From positions 1,702-65,701 of the forward strand of contig CAYGLF010000008.1 of assembly GCA_964350945.1 (NCBI GenBank): a stretch of DNA of 64,000 nucleotides, written 5' to 3'. Within the stretch, counting starts at the first letter, position 1. Each line of letters starts with the position of its first letter. A program made the translations under genes and the position numbers. This DNA comes from an uncultured bacterium. Its GTDB lineage: Bacteria > Chlamydiota > Chlamydiia > Chlamydiales > JAAZZY01. Under the pieces are notes generated by a model, which was not told the origin of the DNA, ran no database searches, and saw nothing but the letters and a program-made list of their open reading frames with translations. Of this stretch, positions 28,547-38,673 are shown in pieces.

Positions 28547-31495
28547 CTATAAAGAAGGATCTTTTAAAGGCGTCTCATTGAGCTGAATTTTGCTGTTATC
28601 AGCATACTCACTCTCAGCTTTAAAGTGACCCAGATTGTTAATTTCTAAGTAGTCGATGGTTGGAACATCCGACATTTGGCCGTTTACTAAAACAGCGAGT
28701 CGTTTGTTATTACTACGCCCTAGTTGATTTTGACAAAAGGTTACAAACTCCTCGTAAGAAAGTGCCTCAAGAGCCTGAACACGCCGCTCTTTTTGATCAA
28801 ACTCTCCTTTTTGATCAAACGCTAAATAGTAGAGCTCTTGGCCTTTATCAGAAATAGAAACGGGAGGTTGGCGATAATTAGTTATAAGGGCTTGCTTGAG
28901 CAGATTAAATTTCTCAAGATCAAGCTCTGCAGTTCCTAGAGTACTCAAAAACTCTTCGTTAAAAAGTTCATAGCGAGAAAGTAGGTCTCTCGTTGAGCAG
29001 GAGTTAGACTGCACTAAAAAGCAGGTAAAAAGTTGCTTTTCATATTCTCTTGAAAAGGAATGCACCATATAGCCCACTTGCTGCTTAGTTCTTAATGTAT
29101 CGAAAAAAGGCGTAGAAATCGCTTGATTCATCACTTCATAGGCAGCCCGATCTTTATCCTCTAAAATTCCATGACCAATCATCAAAAAAGTAGAACTTCC
29201 TGTTTGATCGGTGCTTTGGGCAAAGAAACAGGGGTTATTGAGTGAGGCGGGCTCTAAGACAGCACGCATTGAGTGTTCAGAAACTGGGTAGGTCGTGCTA
29301 TTTTCAAAAAGAGCCTCTAAATTTGTACAAAGATTCACAGCCTGGCTCTTGGTCAAATTTCCATAGAGCATCCCTTGTAAGTATACTTGATTGAAAAACT
29401 CTCGGTTGTAGAGGTCAAAGTCTTTATATGAGATCTCATTAAGAGCTGCTAGTTTATCGTCCACTAAAGGGTAGTCTCTAAAGACCAGGTTATTCATAAC
29501 CTCACCCGCTTGCCTTCCGGGAATTGCCTTTTTCTGGTTAAGGTACGAGCGGACCAAAATATCATGATATTTGGGAAAATCTTTTTCAGCAGGCTGGTGC
29601 GATTTAATTGTCTCAAAAATTTTAGCGGTAAAAAGATCTGACTTTTGGCTGTACCCAGAAACGCTCACCAAAAGTCCCCTTTTTGAATCAATTGAAAAAT
29701 CGGCATTCAAGCCTGCAAGTTGCCCCTGTTCAAGATGTTGGCTCAGAGCATCTGACAATGAGAGAGACAAAAGATCAGCAAGCACTTTATTTTTTCCGTT
29801 CTGCTTAATACTGGGCGACTTAACAGCCAGATTATAGTTCACTTTGGGAACTTGGTAGCTGATATCTTGTTGAAAATAAAATTGTGAACGCTCACTTAAA
29901 TCTAAAGCTTCTGGGTTATTCTCTTTAGCATCAATAGAGCCGACAAGTTCTAAGTTGGTCGGAATGTAGGGATTGGGAGCTGCGATTGCAATACTTGGAT
30001 TTGCCTCAATATGGGCCCATTCATTAAGAGTTTTAGCAGGAATTTGTTGTACATGATACTTGACTTGAACATGCTTCTCTGTAAGGTCTGAAGCAACCCC
30101 TGTTAACTGCTCGGGAGCCAGGATAAAGTAAATGGCTTTATGGGGTTTGAGCATGGATAAAAAACGATTCACTCTTTTTGCATCAAATTGAGTCGGCCAA
30201 CCTGACTTTTGTGGGAATGTGGCAATATCCTCATATTGAATGGCTGATGCAACGTGTTCTACAAATGAGAAAACTTCAGGTCTTGATTGATACTGAAAAT
30301 TGAGCTTTGCAATTGCTGTCATTTCATCTTGGCGATACCGAGGAAGCCCTTCTTGTTTAAACGTATGAATCGCTTCATAACATTGTGCAATCACCGTCTG
30401 ATAGCTTTCGAGTCCTTTAGGAGTCAGCTCTAAGCACAACTCAAAAAAGGAGACCTTGGTGTCTGTATTACTTTGATAGGCGTGCATCTGGTAGATATAA
30501 CCTTTATCTTTCAAGATCGTAGCCAAACTTTTTGGAGACTCCTCAGATAAAACATCACTTACAAGGTCAGCAGTATGGTAGTCTAAATCCATAGTATATT
30601 CAGGGGGAAGTTCCCATTTAATTGACAATTGCTTTAGATTTTTAAGCGGCTCTATGTAAACCAATTTCCCCAAAAAATCTGGATTGGTAATGGGCCCTTG
30701 CAACGTGGTCATCTGATGATTTTTATTTTCAATTTGCGAGAAACAAGCATCTACTTGCTCAACGAGCTGCTCTAGGGGGAGAGAAGAATAAACAGCTAAG
30801 CGCATGAGGTTCGCACTATAATGGTCTTGATACCATCTGACCAGGTTTTCTCGACTAATACTCATCAACGTCTCTTCCGTTCCACAACGCCAAATATTTT
30901 CATGAGAACTTGGATCAACAAATTCTAGCCCGACCATGTGCTTGCGGACTTGGTCTAAATTAGCTCTATAGAGAAATTCCTGGTTCACCGCTTTGCGCTC
31001 TCTAGATAGACCCGATTCATTAAATAGTGGCTCTACAAAAAATGAGGAGAATCTGTCTAATGCTTCCTTAGCTTGGTCATTGTTAATTTCAAAACTATAA
31101 ACTGTACGGTCGTTAGATGTGTAAGCATTTGAACTTCCACCATTTGTCTGGATAAATTCGTGATATTCTTTTTCAGTAGGATACTTTTGGGTTCCAAGAA
31201 ACAGCATATGTTCGACAAAGTGAGCGACTCCAATATTATCAAAAGGCTCATGATCCCAGCCGACACCCACTGATAGAGAGGCCCCTGACTTTTTAGCTTC
31301 TGGATCCGATACAATATAAGCTTCGAGACCATTATCGAGCCTTACCTTAAGGGTCTCGATATTTTGCATGCTGGGAGATTTAATTTTTTCTTTAAATTGA
31401 TCCTCAATCACGCTATAGGCTGCAAAAGCAAAGCTTGAAATAGAAAATAAAACTACCGATAATAAAGTGCATACTCTCTTACATGTCATTCTCAT
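28547..31495 (-). CDS. ptr: Insulinase/pitrilysin family (M16A) protease
   Basis: AHFVEHMLFLGTQKYP (HxxEH), NAYT and LRTKQQVGY. Signal peptide present. Confidence 0.92.
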   Translation of the reverse strand: MRMTCKRVCTLLSVVLFSISSFAFAAYSVIEDQFKEKIKSPSMQNIETLKVRLDNGLEAYIVSDPEAKKSGASLSVGVGWDHEPFDNIGVAHFVEHMLFLGTQKYPTEKEYHEFIQTNGGSSNAYTSNDRTVYSFEINNDQAKEALDRFSSFFVEPLFNESGLSRERKAVNQEFLYRANLDQVRKHMVGLEFVDPSSHENIWRCGTEETLMSISRENLVRWYQDHYSANLMRLAVYSSLPLEQLVEQVDACFSQIENKNHQMTTLQGPITNPDFLGKLVYIEPLKNLKQLSIKWELPPEYTMDLDYHTADLVSDVLSEESPKSLATILKDKGYIYQMHAYQSNTDTKVSFFELCLELTPKGLESYQTVIAQCYEAIHTFKQEGLPRYRQDEMTAIAKLNFQYQSRPEVFSFVEHVASAIQYEDIATFPQKSGWPTQFDAKRVNRFLSMLKPHKAIYFILAPEQLTGVASDLTEKHVQVKYHVQQIPAKTLNEWAHIEANPSIAIAAPNPYIPTNLELVGSIDAKENNPEALDLSERSQFYFQQDISYQVPKVNYNLAVKSPSIKQNGKNKVLADLLSLSLSDALSQHLEQGQLAGLNADFSIDSKRGLLVSVSGYSQKSDLFTAKIFETIKSHQPAEKDFPKYHDILVRSYLNQKKAIPGRQAGEVMNNLVFRDYPLVDDKLAALNEISYKDFDLYNREFFNQVYLQGMLYGNLTKSQAVNLCTNLEALFENSTTYPVSEHSMRAVLEPASLNNPCFFAQSTDQTGSSTFLMIGHGILEDKDRAAYEVMNQAISTPFFDTLRTKQQVGYMVHSFSREYEKQLFTCFLVQSNSCSTRDLLSRYELFNEEFLSTLGTAELDLEKFNLLKQALITNYRQPPVSISDKGQELYYLAFDQKGEFDQKERRVQALEALSYEEFVTFCQNQLGRSNNKRLAVLVNGQMSDVPTIDYLEINNLGHFKAESEYADNSKIQLNETPLKDPSL

Positions 31496-32510
31496 ATTGA
31501 TCCTTTATTTTTTTTAACTTTTGGTAACTCTTAGCTACTTGCTTCCAAATTGCATCGCATCGTTGGTGTCGCCGCGCAATTTTATTTTCCAGGCTACTAG
31601 AGTCACTCTCCATATTAATTTCAGAGCCAAAAGCTGCATACACCCCAGTGTACTTTGTTGGGCGCTCTTCTCCCAGCTCACTCTCCACATCATTGGGAGG
31701 AGGCAATACCTGGTGGGTGTTGAGAGCTAGAGGGTAAAAGTGCGTGGGCTTTTTTGAGCGCTTTGTCATCAGATAAAACATCTCCACACTTTGTGGGTCA
31801 AAAGGGGCTACTTGAAACTCCCCTTCACTATCTGGACGATCTCTTCCCCCAGAAGGTGCGACATAAATACTCTTTCCACCTTCTGCTAAGAGCTCACTCA
31901 TTAGCTGCATTGTTTTCTTATTATGCAGCCTTTTTGTCTCTTTCTGCTCTGGCGGGTTGTTTATATGTTTTTTTGAATAAATGCACAAAAGATTTCTCCC
32001 CATGCTCAGCGGAATTGCCAGGTGGTCAGAAATCACACGATCTCCTGCTACAAAAATCATATTCTTTGCAAACAAGGGGTACTTTTCTCCCAGTAGCAAT
32101 TCAATCAGGTGCGGGTCAATCTCTGTTTGATGATTCGCTAAAAAAATGACGTTTTCATTTTTTTTTAAATGCCCCTGAATTTCTTCCAGATTCTCGTCCC
32201 CTAAATAAGTTGAGGCCTTTTGATTAACAAGTGGGCGTACAAATTCTAGCCCAAACTGATAGTAATCAAACGGCTTTTGCAGCATTTTATGATAAGGCTC
32301 GAATGCAAAAGGATTCTGACTCAACTGGCGAAGTAAGTTGATGTAGGTCGAAAGGATCTTTAAGATAAAAGCATCTGTTTGACCCGACTTTTGGGCGGCT
32401 TCAATATAGGTTGGTAGGAAGCTTCGCATAATCTGCTGGGACTTACCCTCTAGTTTTTGCTCTTTAAACCAGAGCTCCATTAATTGTAACAGGGGCTTTA
32501 ACATCTCCAT
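31479..32510 (-). CDS. plsB: Glycerol-3-phosphate acyltransferase, plastid-like chlamydial type
   Basis: NHQTEID (HxxxxD), VAGDRV, SMGRNLLCIYSKKH and APSGGRDRP. Confidence 0.9.
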   Translation of the reverse strand: MEMLKPLLQLMELWFKEQKLEGKSQQIMRSFLPTYIEAAQKSGQTDAFILKILSTYINLLRQLSQNPFAFEPYHKMLQKPFDYYQFGLEFVRPLVNQKASTYLGDENLEEIQGHLKKNENVIFLANHQTEIDPHLIELLLGEKYPLFAKNMIFVAGDRVISDHLAIPLSMGRNLLCIYSKKHINNPPEQKETKRLHNKKTMQLMSELLAEGGKSIYVAPSGGRDRPDSEGEFQVAPFDPQSVEMFYLMTKRSKKPTHFYPLALNTHQVLPPPNDVESELGEERPTKYTGVYAAFGSEINMESDSSSLENKIARRHQRCDAIWKQVAKSYQKLKKIKDQYENDM

Positions 32511-32513
32511 AGC

Positions 32514-34058
32514 TCAATATTCCAAAGGTTCCCCGTTCGTAGTTGAAAAAAATTGATATTGATTGAGGTGATAGCTATCATTAGCTTCAAACTCTAAGCA
32601 AGCGTTGAGCTTTTCGGCGCTTTTCTTTAAAAAAGCCTTGTCAATTTCAAGCAAATACTTATCAAGTTCTGGGTGTGTTGTTAATTTCAACGCGTACTGT
32701 TTTCCAATCAGCACAATTTTTTTAAGCGACCTCTCAATCTCAATGCTTACTGTCTCATGATTTTTAATCCACCCCCCTCCAGAACAGTAGGGACAATCGG
32801 TACAGCTCATCTGTTTAAGAGATTCTTTACTGCGCTGACGAGTCATCTCAATAAGACCAAACTCACTCATCCCTAATACGGTGCACTTCGCAGAATCTTC
32901 TTTCATGCACCCCCGGAGGTGGTCTGATACTCTTCGTTGATTTTTTCTCGATCTCATATCGATAAAATCACAGATTATTAATCCGCCTAGGTTGCGAATG
33001 CGAAGCTGCCGAGCAATCTCTTGGGCCGCCTCTAAATTAATCCTAACAAGCGTCTCTTCCACATTCTTTTCATTCTTGGTGCTTCTTCCCGAGTTCACAT
33101 CAATTGTACACATTGCTTCGGTATGCTCAAAAAACAAATATCCACCACTTGGAAGCCAGATTTTGTGACGCAATGCTTTTTCGATTTCTTTCTCGACATT
33201 AAAGCGCTCAAACATAGGCACGGTGTCGCGATAATATTCTAGCTTTAAGTTATGTTCATCAGCATATGTTTTATAAATCGCCTTACATTTGCGGTAGGTT
33301 GTGTGGCTATCTACAAGCAGTCGGTCATAGCGTTTATCAATGGCCAACATCACTGCTCGCTTGATTAAATCAGAGTCTTGGTAAAGACAAGCTGAACCTT
33401 TTGACTTATGGAATTTCTCAACAATCTCTTCCCAGGTTTTAATCAGCTCTTGAGCTTCTGCAACCAATAGTTCTATTGTAGCAAATTTAGAAGCTGTGCG
33501 GCAAATCAACCCCATATCTTGTGGCATTTCGAAAGAGCGTATCAACTTCTTAAGTTTAACGCGCTCTGAAGAATCTTCAATTTTCCGAGAAACCCCTCTA
33601 TGAGGAGAGTTGGGCAGCAGTACTAAGTAGCGCCCTGCAATAGAAATTTTAGACGTCAAACGAGCCCCTTTGGAACCAATGGGCTCTTTAAGAACTTGAA
33701 CTAAAACAGGCTGATCAATTTTCATGATCTTATCAATGTCTGTATTTTCAGTATTTTTCCCTTGCTTAGGATTGCGAGAGGCCGTCTTTTCCATTTCAAA
33801 ATCCATATCATACATCTCTTCAAACTTTTTACGGTTCTCTAAGATATCAGAGATATGAATGAACCCATTTTCAGATTCATTGATATCAATAAAAGACGAC
33901 TGGATGTTTTCTAAGATATTGGTAACACGCCCTCGGTAGATATTACCCGTGATTTGGCGCTCTTTCTTTCTTTCTAATACAAGATCTTGCAAAACTCCGT
34001 TGCGAAGCCGTGCCATGCGGATCTCTTTGGTCTCTATGTTGAGTAAAATTTCTTGCAT
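32514..34058 (-). CDS. rng: Ribonuclease E/G family
   Basis: GNIYRGRV, KEPIGSKGARL, IDVNSG and GGLIICDFIDM. ATG at 34058 preferred over TTG at 34136. Confidence 0.93.
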   Translation of the reverse strand: MQEILLNIETKEIRMARLRNGVLQDLVLERKKERQITGNIYRGRVTNILENIQSSFIDINESENGFIHISDILENRKKFEEMYDMDFEMEKTASRNPKQGKNTENTDIDKIMKIDQPVLVQVLKEPIGSKGARLTSKISIAGRYLVLLPNSPHRGVSRKIEDSSERVKLKKLIRSFEMPQDMGLICRTASKFATIELLVAEAQELIKTWEEIVEKFHKSKGSACLYQDSDLIKRAVMLAIDKRYDRLLVDSHTTYRKCKAIYKTYADEHNLKLEYYRDTVPMFERFNVEKEIEKALRHKIWLPSGGYLFFEHTEAMCTIDVNSGRSTKNEKNVEETLVRINLEAAQEIARQLRIRNLGGLIICDFIDMRSRKNQRRVSDHLRGCMKEDSAKCTVLGMSEFGLIEMTRQRSKESLKQMSCTDCPYCSGGGWIKNHETVSIEIERSLKKIVLIGKQYALKLTTHPELDKYLLEIDKAFLKKSAEKLNACLEFEANDSYHLNQYQFFSTTNGEPLEY

Positions 34059-34435
34059 ATATGTAACCTGTAAACCTGGTGACTGCTGCAGTAACGAAAA
34101 ATAAAAAACGCGTATAACAAGGAGCTTGTACAACAATTTTTCTCGGGAGAGCTTGGGCCGCTAAATGTAAATTCATCGTTCTTTGCAACAGTATTTTGAG
34201 AATGTTAATGTTTGTCAGGCACCTAATCTAAGCTTAGGATCGTTGATCAGATGCCGATACGAAAACTGATTTAATTTTTTTAAGTTTAAGGGGCAGGATA
34301 GACCAAAAAAACTAACTTTTCCACTCTTTTTTTAAAAAAAACTTCCTTTAAAAGGGCTCTTTACCTAGATATGAGAAAGTTTAAAATTAAAATTAATACA
34401 TTAATTCCTCCTTTTCTTCCAAACGCTGGGTCAAT

Positions 34436-35953
34436 ATGAAAAGTTACCGCAAGCACCTAGAAACCCTTTTAAGCCCTGACCCCAAAAGCCAATGCAACCT
34501 TTCATCAGCTATCTTTCCGGTATTCTACAGCCCAGATGTTTGCATGAAGCTTCTTTTTTTAAACTACTGGAGGCTTAAAAGAAACCTAGACTCCATCTTA
34601 TGCCGCCTTATTTTAAGGGATCCTTCTGGGAAAACCATTCACAAAAAATGTTTTTATGTGGAAAAAATTCAAGCCTATGAGATCAACCTTCGTGATTGGA
34701 TAGGCCTTGCCTTACCTTTTATAGGCTCGATAGAAATCCAATTCTCCTCTATTCATAACTTAGTCTTTCCCTACCCTGCTGTGGTTGTCCACTATCAAGG
34801 AAAGCATTTTTCAACCTTTGTCCATTCGGCCCAAAGAGCTTACACTGAGCCCCAAAAAGCTTCAAAAAAAAGCATCATAGAATCAGGCTTTAATATTTAT
34901 GCCACAGACTCACGCTTCCCTTTTGTCACATTTATCAATGGCGCCAGCGCATTAAAACAAAAAAAGATGGGCCTTTGGGCGATTAACAGTCGTCAACAAG
35001 TTCTTAAAAAAGAAATTATGATTAACTCCAAGCCTTTCCAGACACACTCCATACTACTCAAAGATTGGAAGGAATTGCGACCGCATTTGAATGGGAAAGC
35101 AGGTTGCATGAAGGTTCAATTGTTTCAATCACAAACGTTCCCTCGACTCATTGCAGGAAACTACGACTCTTCAGATGCCTCTATGAGCATCACACATACC
35201 TATTATGATTTAAGCAAGCACTGTGAACCAGAAGACTACTGGAGCCGCTTCAAGCAGTGGCATCTAGCTTCACTCACTCTTCCTCTACATCGATTACCCC
35301 AAGCATTTACCCGCATCACTTTTTACCCTATTATCTCTCCTGCCACTTTCTGGATTGATTTAGAAATTTACAATGCTTCAGGTTTATTATTAAAAACAGT
35401 CGAGAAGTGTCTTTCTATAGAAGAAAAAGCAGCTTTAACGCACCTAGAACTCTCACCTCACATCCAAGGGTTAAAAGATCCTGCGTCCGTCCGTTTGATT
35501 GCTCAGTCTTGCCAAGATTCCATTCCCTCTCGCATTAAAATCGGGCTTGATGTTGGTTATGATCAGGGCGGATTTCCCTGCAATATCTGCACTAACTTTC
35601 AAGTTGCCAACCCCACTTTAGAGCAGAAAAAAAGCGCCTTCCGCTGGGCGCCGATGTTGCCAGCAAATCTCAATGGCTCTATCTGGTGTCTCAATGGGTC
35701 TCCGAAGAAAAACTATAAGCAACTTGCTAAATTACGCTGTACATTCTACCGAAAACAAGACTCCAAAACGCTGACATTAGAAAAAACTCTCAAACCTCAT
35801 GGATCTTTTTGTATTGAACACACTGCAAAAACACGCGCTTTTTTTCAAGACTCCATAGGTTGGTGTGTGATCCAAAGTGAAAACCCATTTATCACAACCT
35901 TTTACTTCTCTGAACATGACCACAAAATGATCGGAGGGGATCACGGTTTTTGA
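34436..35953 (+). CDS. Hypothetical protein (505 aa, beta-rich)
   Basis: Long uninterrupted ORF filling the space between known genes. No family recognised. Confidence 0.7.
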   Translation: MKSYRKHLETLLSPDPKSQCNLSSAIFPVFYSPDVCMKLLFLNYWRLKRNLDSILCRLILRDPSGKTIHKKCFYVEKIQAYEINLRDWIGLALPFIGSIEIQFSSIHNLVFPYPAVVVHYQGKHFSTFVHSAQRAYTEPQKASKKSIIESGFNIYATDSRFPFVTFINGASALKQKKMGLWAINSRQQVLKKEIMINSKPFQTHSILLKDWKELRPHLNGKAGCMKVQLFQSQTFPRLIAGNYDSSDASMSITHTYYDLSKHCEPEDYWSRFKQWHLASLTLPLHRLPQAFTRITFYPIISPATFWIDLEIYNASGLLLKTVEKCLSIEEKAALTHLELSPHIQGLKDPASVRLIAQSCQDSIPSRIKIGLDVGYDQGGFPCNICTNFQVANPTLEQKKSAFRWAPMLPANLNGSIWCLNGSPKKNYKQLAKLRCTFYRKQDSKTLTLEKTLKPHGSFCIEHTAKTRAFFQDSIGWCVIQSENPFITTFYFSEHDHKMIGGDHGF

Positions 35954-36396
35954 GCCATTGCCTGATTCAAAAGAGGGTAGGCTGGTAAAAAATCAAGCAT
36001 CGTCAGCTCATTCGTTTTCTGATCTTTAAAACCAATTCGAATTTCCTCTTGGTTGGCAATGGCAATATAGCTTGCTCCCACAAAATGGTTATATCCCAAA
36101 ACTTGCATCAGAGCTTTATCTGTTAGAGGAATGCACTTACATTCAATGAGAATAAGAGGCTTTAAAGGACCTTCTTTGAGCTTGGTATAAGCTAGAAGAT
36201 CAATTCGCCTTTGTGGAAGCGCCCCCCCCTTTTTCAAATGAGGTAACCTTTCAATCGCCTTCTCAATCACAATCAGTTCTTTAGGAAAGGACAAGTGCTC
36301 TGTCATAACTTCTAGCCACTGCTGACGCACCTTCTCTTCAGGAGTTGCAACCACCCACTGATTTCGATATGGATCATACAGCTTCTCTAAATTCAT
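35941..36396 (-). CDS. Standalone HsdR N-terminal-like PD-(D/E)XK domain protein
   Basis: ATPEEKVRQ, IVIEK, RIDLL and LIECK...Q..GYN. Confidence 0.8.
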   Translation of the reverse strand: MNLEKLYDPYRNQWVVATPEEKVRQQWLEVMTEHLSFPKELIVIEKAIERLPHLKKGGALPQRRIDLLAYTKLKEGPLKPLILIECKCIPLTDKALMQVLGYNHFVGASYIAIANQEEIRIGFKDQKTNELTMLDFLPAYPLLNQAMAQKP

Positions 36397-36974
36397 GGTG
36401 TTCTTGATCCTAGTACATAAAAGATAACATATGCTGCTAAAAAGCCTGCTATAAAAGCAAAGAAAATCGGCCTTCTTCTAGATAAAGGAGGCAGTGTAAT
36501 TTCTTCTTTTTCAAAAGCTTCTTTCAGCTTAAAATAAATATGCTGTATTTTCTGCTCATCAGCATTGACCAACAAAACTCCATCCACCGAAAAGCTATGA
36601 AAATACTCCAACAATTGCCGACGGGTGGCTGAGTGTTGAGGATGTGTTGCCTGAGGACCTGTTTTGATTTCTACAAGGTAGCGCCTCCCCTCTTTAACTG
36701 CAAAGGCATCGGGCCGAACGATATACTGAAAAGGCTTTCCATTCACCCACATTTCGCACTTAGAAGTTTTCTGAGTCTCTTCTAAATCGAACCCCTCGCT
36801 TTTCAATAATTCTTGAGCCGATTGCTCTCCTTCTCTGGCATGAGAAAATCTTTTTTTGAGTTTCAAGCAAAGTCGAAAATGCATGTATTTTTTGAATAAA
36901 ACGATCGCAAGATAGCCGCTTAAAAAAATAAGGCCTACCCAAACGACGATTTGCAAACCAAAATCAGAAGCCAT
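36393..36974 (-). CDS. Membrane-anchored PD-(D/E)XK nuclease-like protein
   Basis: Hydrophobic helices at both termini. Core GE..A..LL...G, RPD...LVEIKTG and TRRQLLEY. Confidence 0.7.
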   Translation of the reverse strand: MASDFGLQIVVWVGLIFLSGYLAIVLFKKYMHFRLCLKLKKRFSHAREGEQSAQELLKSEGFDLEETQKTSKCEMWVNGKPFQYIVRPDAFAVKEGRRYLVEIKTGPQATHPQHSATRRQLLEYFHSFSVDGVLLVNADEQKIQHIYFKLKEAFEKEEITLPPLSRRRPIFFAFIAGFLAAYVIFYVLGSRTP

Positions 36975-36975
36975 A

Positions 36976-37659
36976 CTAACCTAAAGGTTTTAAAATCAAA
37001 CCTTTCCCCAGATAGTGCTCACAAAACTGCACAGCATCTTCGCGAGTTCCTACCTGTCGTCCTTGATCATCGATTAATGAACCCCAATGCATGGGAATGG
37101 CTACCTCTTTTGGCCCCATTTCATTAGCGAGCATGGCTGCCTCCAGCGCATCCATCACATAGATCCCTGAGACTGGCATCAAGGCAATGTCACACTGAAT
37201 CTCTTTAAACTCTTCTAAAGCGTCGCTGTCACCCAAAAAATAGAGCGATTTTTTTTCTATCTCCATTAAAAACCCTAGCCACCCATTTTCTTTTGGATGA
37301 AAGGGTTTTCCTAAGTTATAAGCAGCCTTTGCATGAATCTCAATATTTTCAAAATAAGCCGTCTCTCCGGGAGCTAGTGTCGTAAATGAGTGACCTGGGG
37401 CGCATTTCTCAAGATTTTTCTGACAATCACGAGCACAGACAAAATGCGTTTTTGAACTTAAAATTTTTGCGATTGAGCTGGGATCTAAGTGATCTTGGTG
37501 GCTGTGAGAGATACAAATTAAATCTGCCTTTTCAGGTTCTTTTTCCAACAAAAAGGGATCAATATAAACGACATGCCGAGAGGTTTTAATTTTAAAGCCA
37601 GCATGCTTTAACCAAAAAATCTCTACCCCACCAGATTTGTAACTTACAGCGTCACCCAT
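36976..37659 (-). CDS. MBL-fold metallohydrolase
   Basis: IDPF, SHSHQDH, GDS and IPMHWG. Confidence 0.9.
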   Translation of the reverse strand: MGDAVSYKSGGVEIFWLKHAGFKIKTSRHVVYIDPFLLEKEPEKADLICISHSHQDHLDPSSIAKILSSKTHFVCARDCQKNLEKCAPGHSFTTLAPGETAYFENIEIHAKAAYNLGKPFHPKENGWLGFLMEIEKKSLYFLGDSDALEEFKEIQCDIALMPVSGIYVMDALEAAMLANEMGPKEVAIPMHWGSLIDDQGRQVGTREDAVQFCEHYLGKGLILKPLG

Positions 37660-37668
37660 GAAACTTCA

Positions 37669-38283
37669 TCACTCAGGAGCTATCAACTCATAATCCCCAT
37701 CTTCTCTTCTGTGGATTACTTTTATTTTCTGATCCTCTTCCGAACGATAGACCATTAAAGGGTCTGCTGAGAGATCCATTTTCATCACCGCCTCATCTTG
37801 AGTTAAAGTTTTGAGAGGAATGGTCTTAGCCGATACCACGTGATGAGAAAATTCCTCTTCAACTGCATGTTGGTTTGCCTGTTCGATGGCATCATTAACA
37901 ACATCCGTATCATTAAAACTACCGCGAATGACATTCACTTCTATATCCACTACCGAGAGAGCTTTCGCATGGTGTGTTTGCATCTTTGACTTATACTTGC
38001 TCAGGCGAGCCATTAATTTATCAACCACTTTGTCAATTGAAGCATACATATCTGGTGTATTTGCATGGGTTTTAATCACAAACCTTCCAGCTTTCATCAC
38101 GACATCGACGCGATGCTCTTGCTTTTGAATGTCCATCATCACGTGAACATCTAAAATATCTTTAGAAAGGTGATCTAACTTATGGAGTTTCTCATGAGCA
38201 TATTCTTTCATCGCCTCTGTAACAAGCAGATGACGACCAGTAATAGCAACAGGGTAGCTTTTAGATTCTTCTGAATGAGCCAT
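37669..38283 (-). CDS. hpf: Ribosome hibernation promoting factor (long HPF)
   Basis: ITGRHL.VTEAMKEY, DMYASID, and C-terminal EAVMKM...RREDGDYELI. Confidence 0.92.
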   Translation of the reverse strand: MAHSEESKSYPVAITGRHLLVTEAMKEYAHEKLHKLDHLSKDILDVHVMMDIQKQEHRVDVVMKAGRFVIKTHANTPDMYASIDKVVDKLMARLSKYKSKMQTHHAKALSVVDIEVNVIRGSFNDTDVVNDAIEQANQHAVEEEFSHHVVSAKTIPLKTLTQDEAVMKMDLSADPLMVYRSEEDQKIKVIHRREDGDYELIAPE

Positions 38284-38426
38284 ATGAATAAACCTCAGTT
38301 TTTTTTTTAAGAAAGCACAATATATATAATTGAAATTAATATTAGAAGATCGAAAACGATTTTACAAATTGTTTTTCATCCCAAACAGCTTGGAGGTATG
38401 GTAAAGAGGAGGCAAAAAGAAAAAGT

Positions 38427-38500
38427 CGCACCGAAGAGGGCTCGAACCTCTAACCACCTGGTTCGAAGCCAGGTACTCTATCCTATTGAGCTATCGGTGC
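38427..38500 (-). tRNA. tRNA-Arg(TCG)
   Basis: GCACCGA-TAGCTCAATAGGATAGAGT-A-CCTGG-CTTCGAA-CCAGG-...-GGTTCGAGCC-...TCGGTGC-G. Confidence 0.95.
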
Positions 38501-38616
38501 AGTTAGAGGAGAGTTTTTACCAATATTTGCCTTAAAAACCAAGAGAAATCCGAAAAGACCGCTCAAAACATTTTTTTATTTCAGTTAAAAAAAAAGAACT
38601 ACAATAGTACTAAACA

Positions 38617-38645
38617 TTGACTTTATTAACTGTTTAAAAGATAAT
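38617..38645 (+). promoter_or_regulatory. Putative sigma66/70 promoter for the Pro/Tyr-rich TPR gene
   Basis: TTGACT-17 nt-GATAAT, then an AGAGGA RBS before ATG 38674. Confidence 0.5.
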
Positions 38646-38673
38646 AACTTGTTTAACTTAAAAGAGGAATCTT

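Noticed and set aside
28785-28822. CTTTTTGATCAAAC repeated at 18-bp spacing in ptr
   Set aside because: It is a short coding echo (FDQKGE-FDQKE) with no sign of independent function.
36222-36229. G8 tract in the HsdR_N-like gene as a phase-variation switch
   Set aside because: The tract is short and in frame, and there is no evidence of length variation without reads.
35941-36396. Type I restriction-modification system or pseudogene
   Set aside because: No helicase, hsdM or hsdS sequence is nearby, and standalone HsdR_N-like proteins are common.
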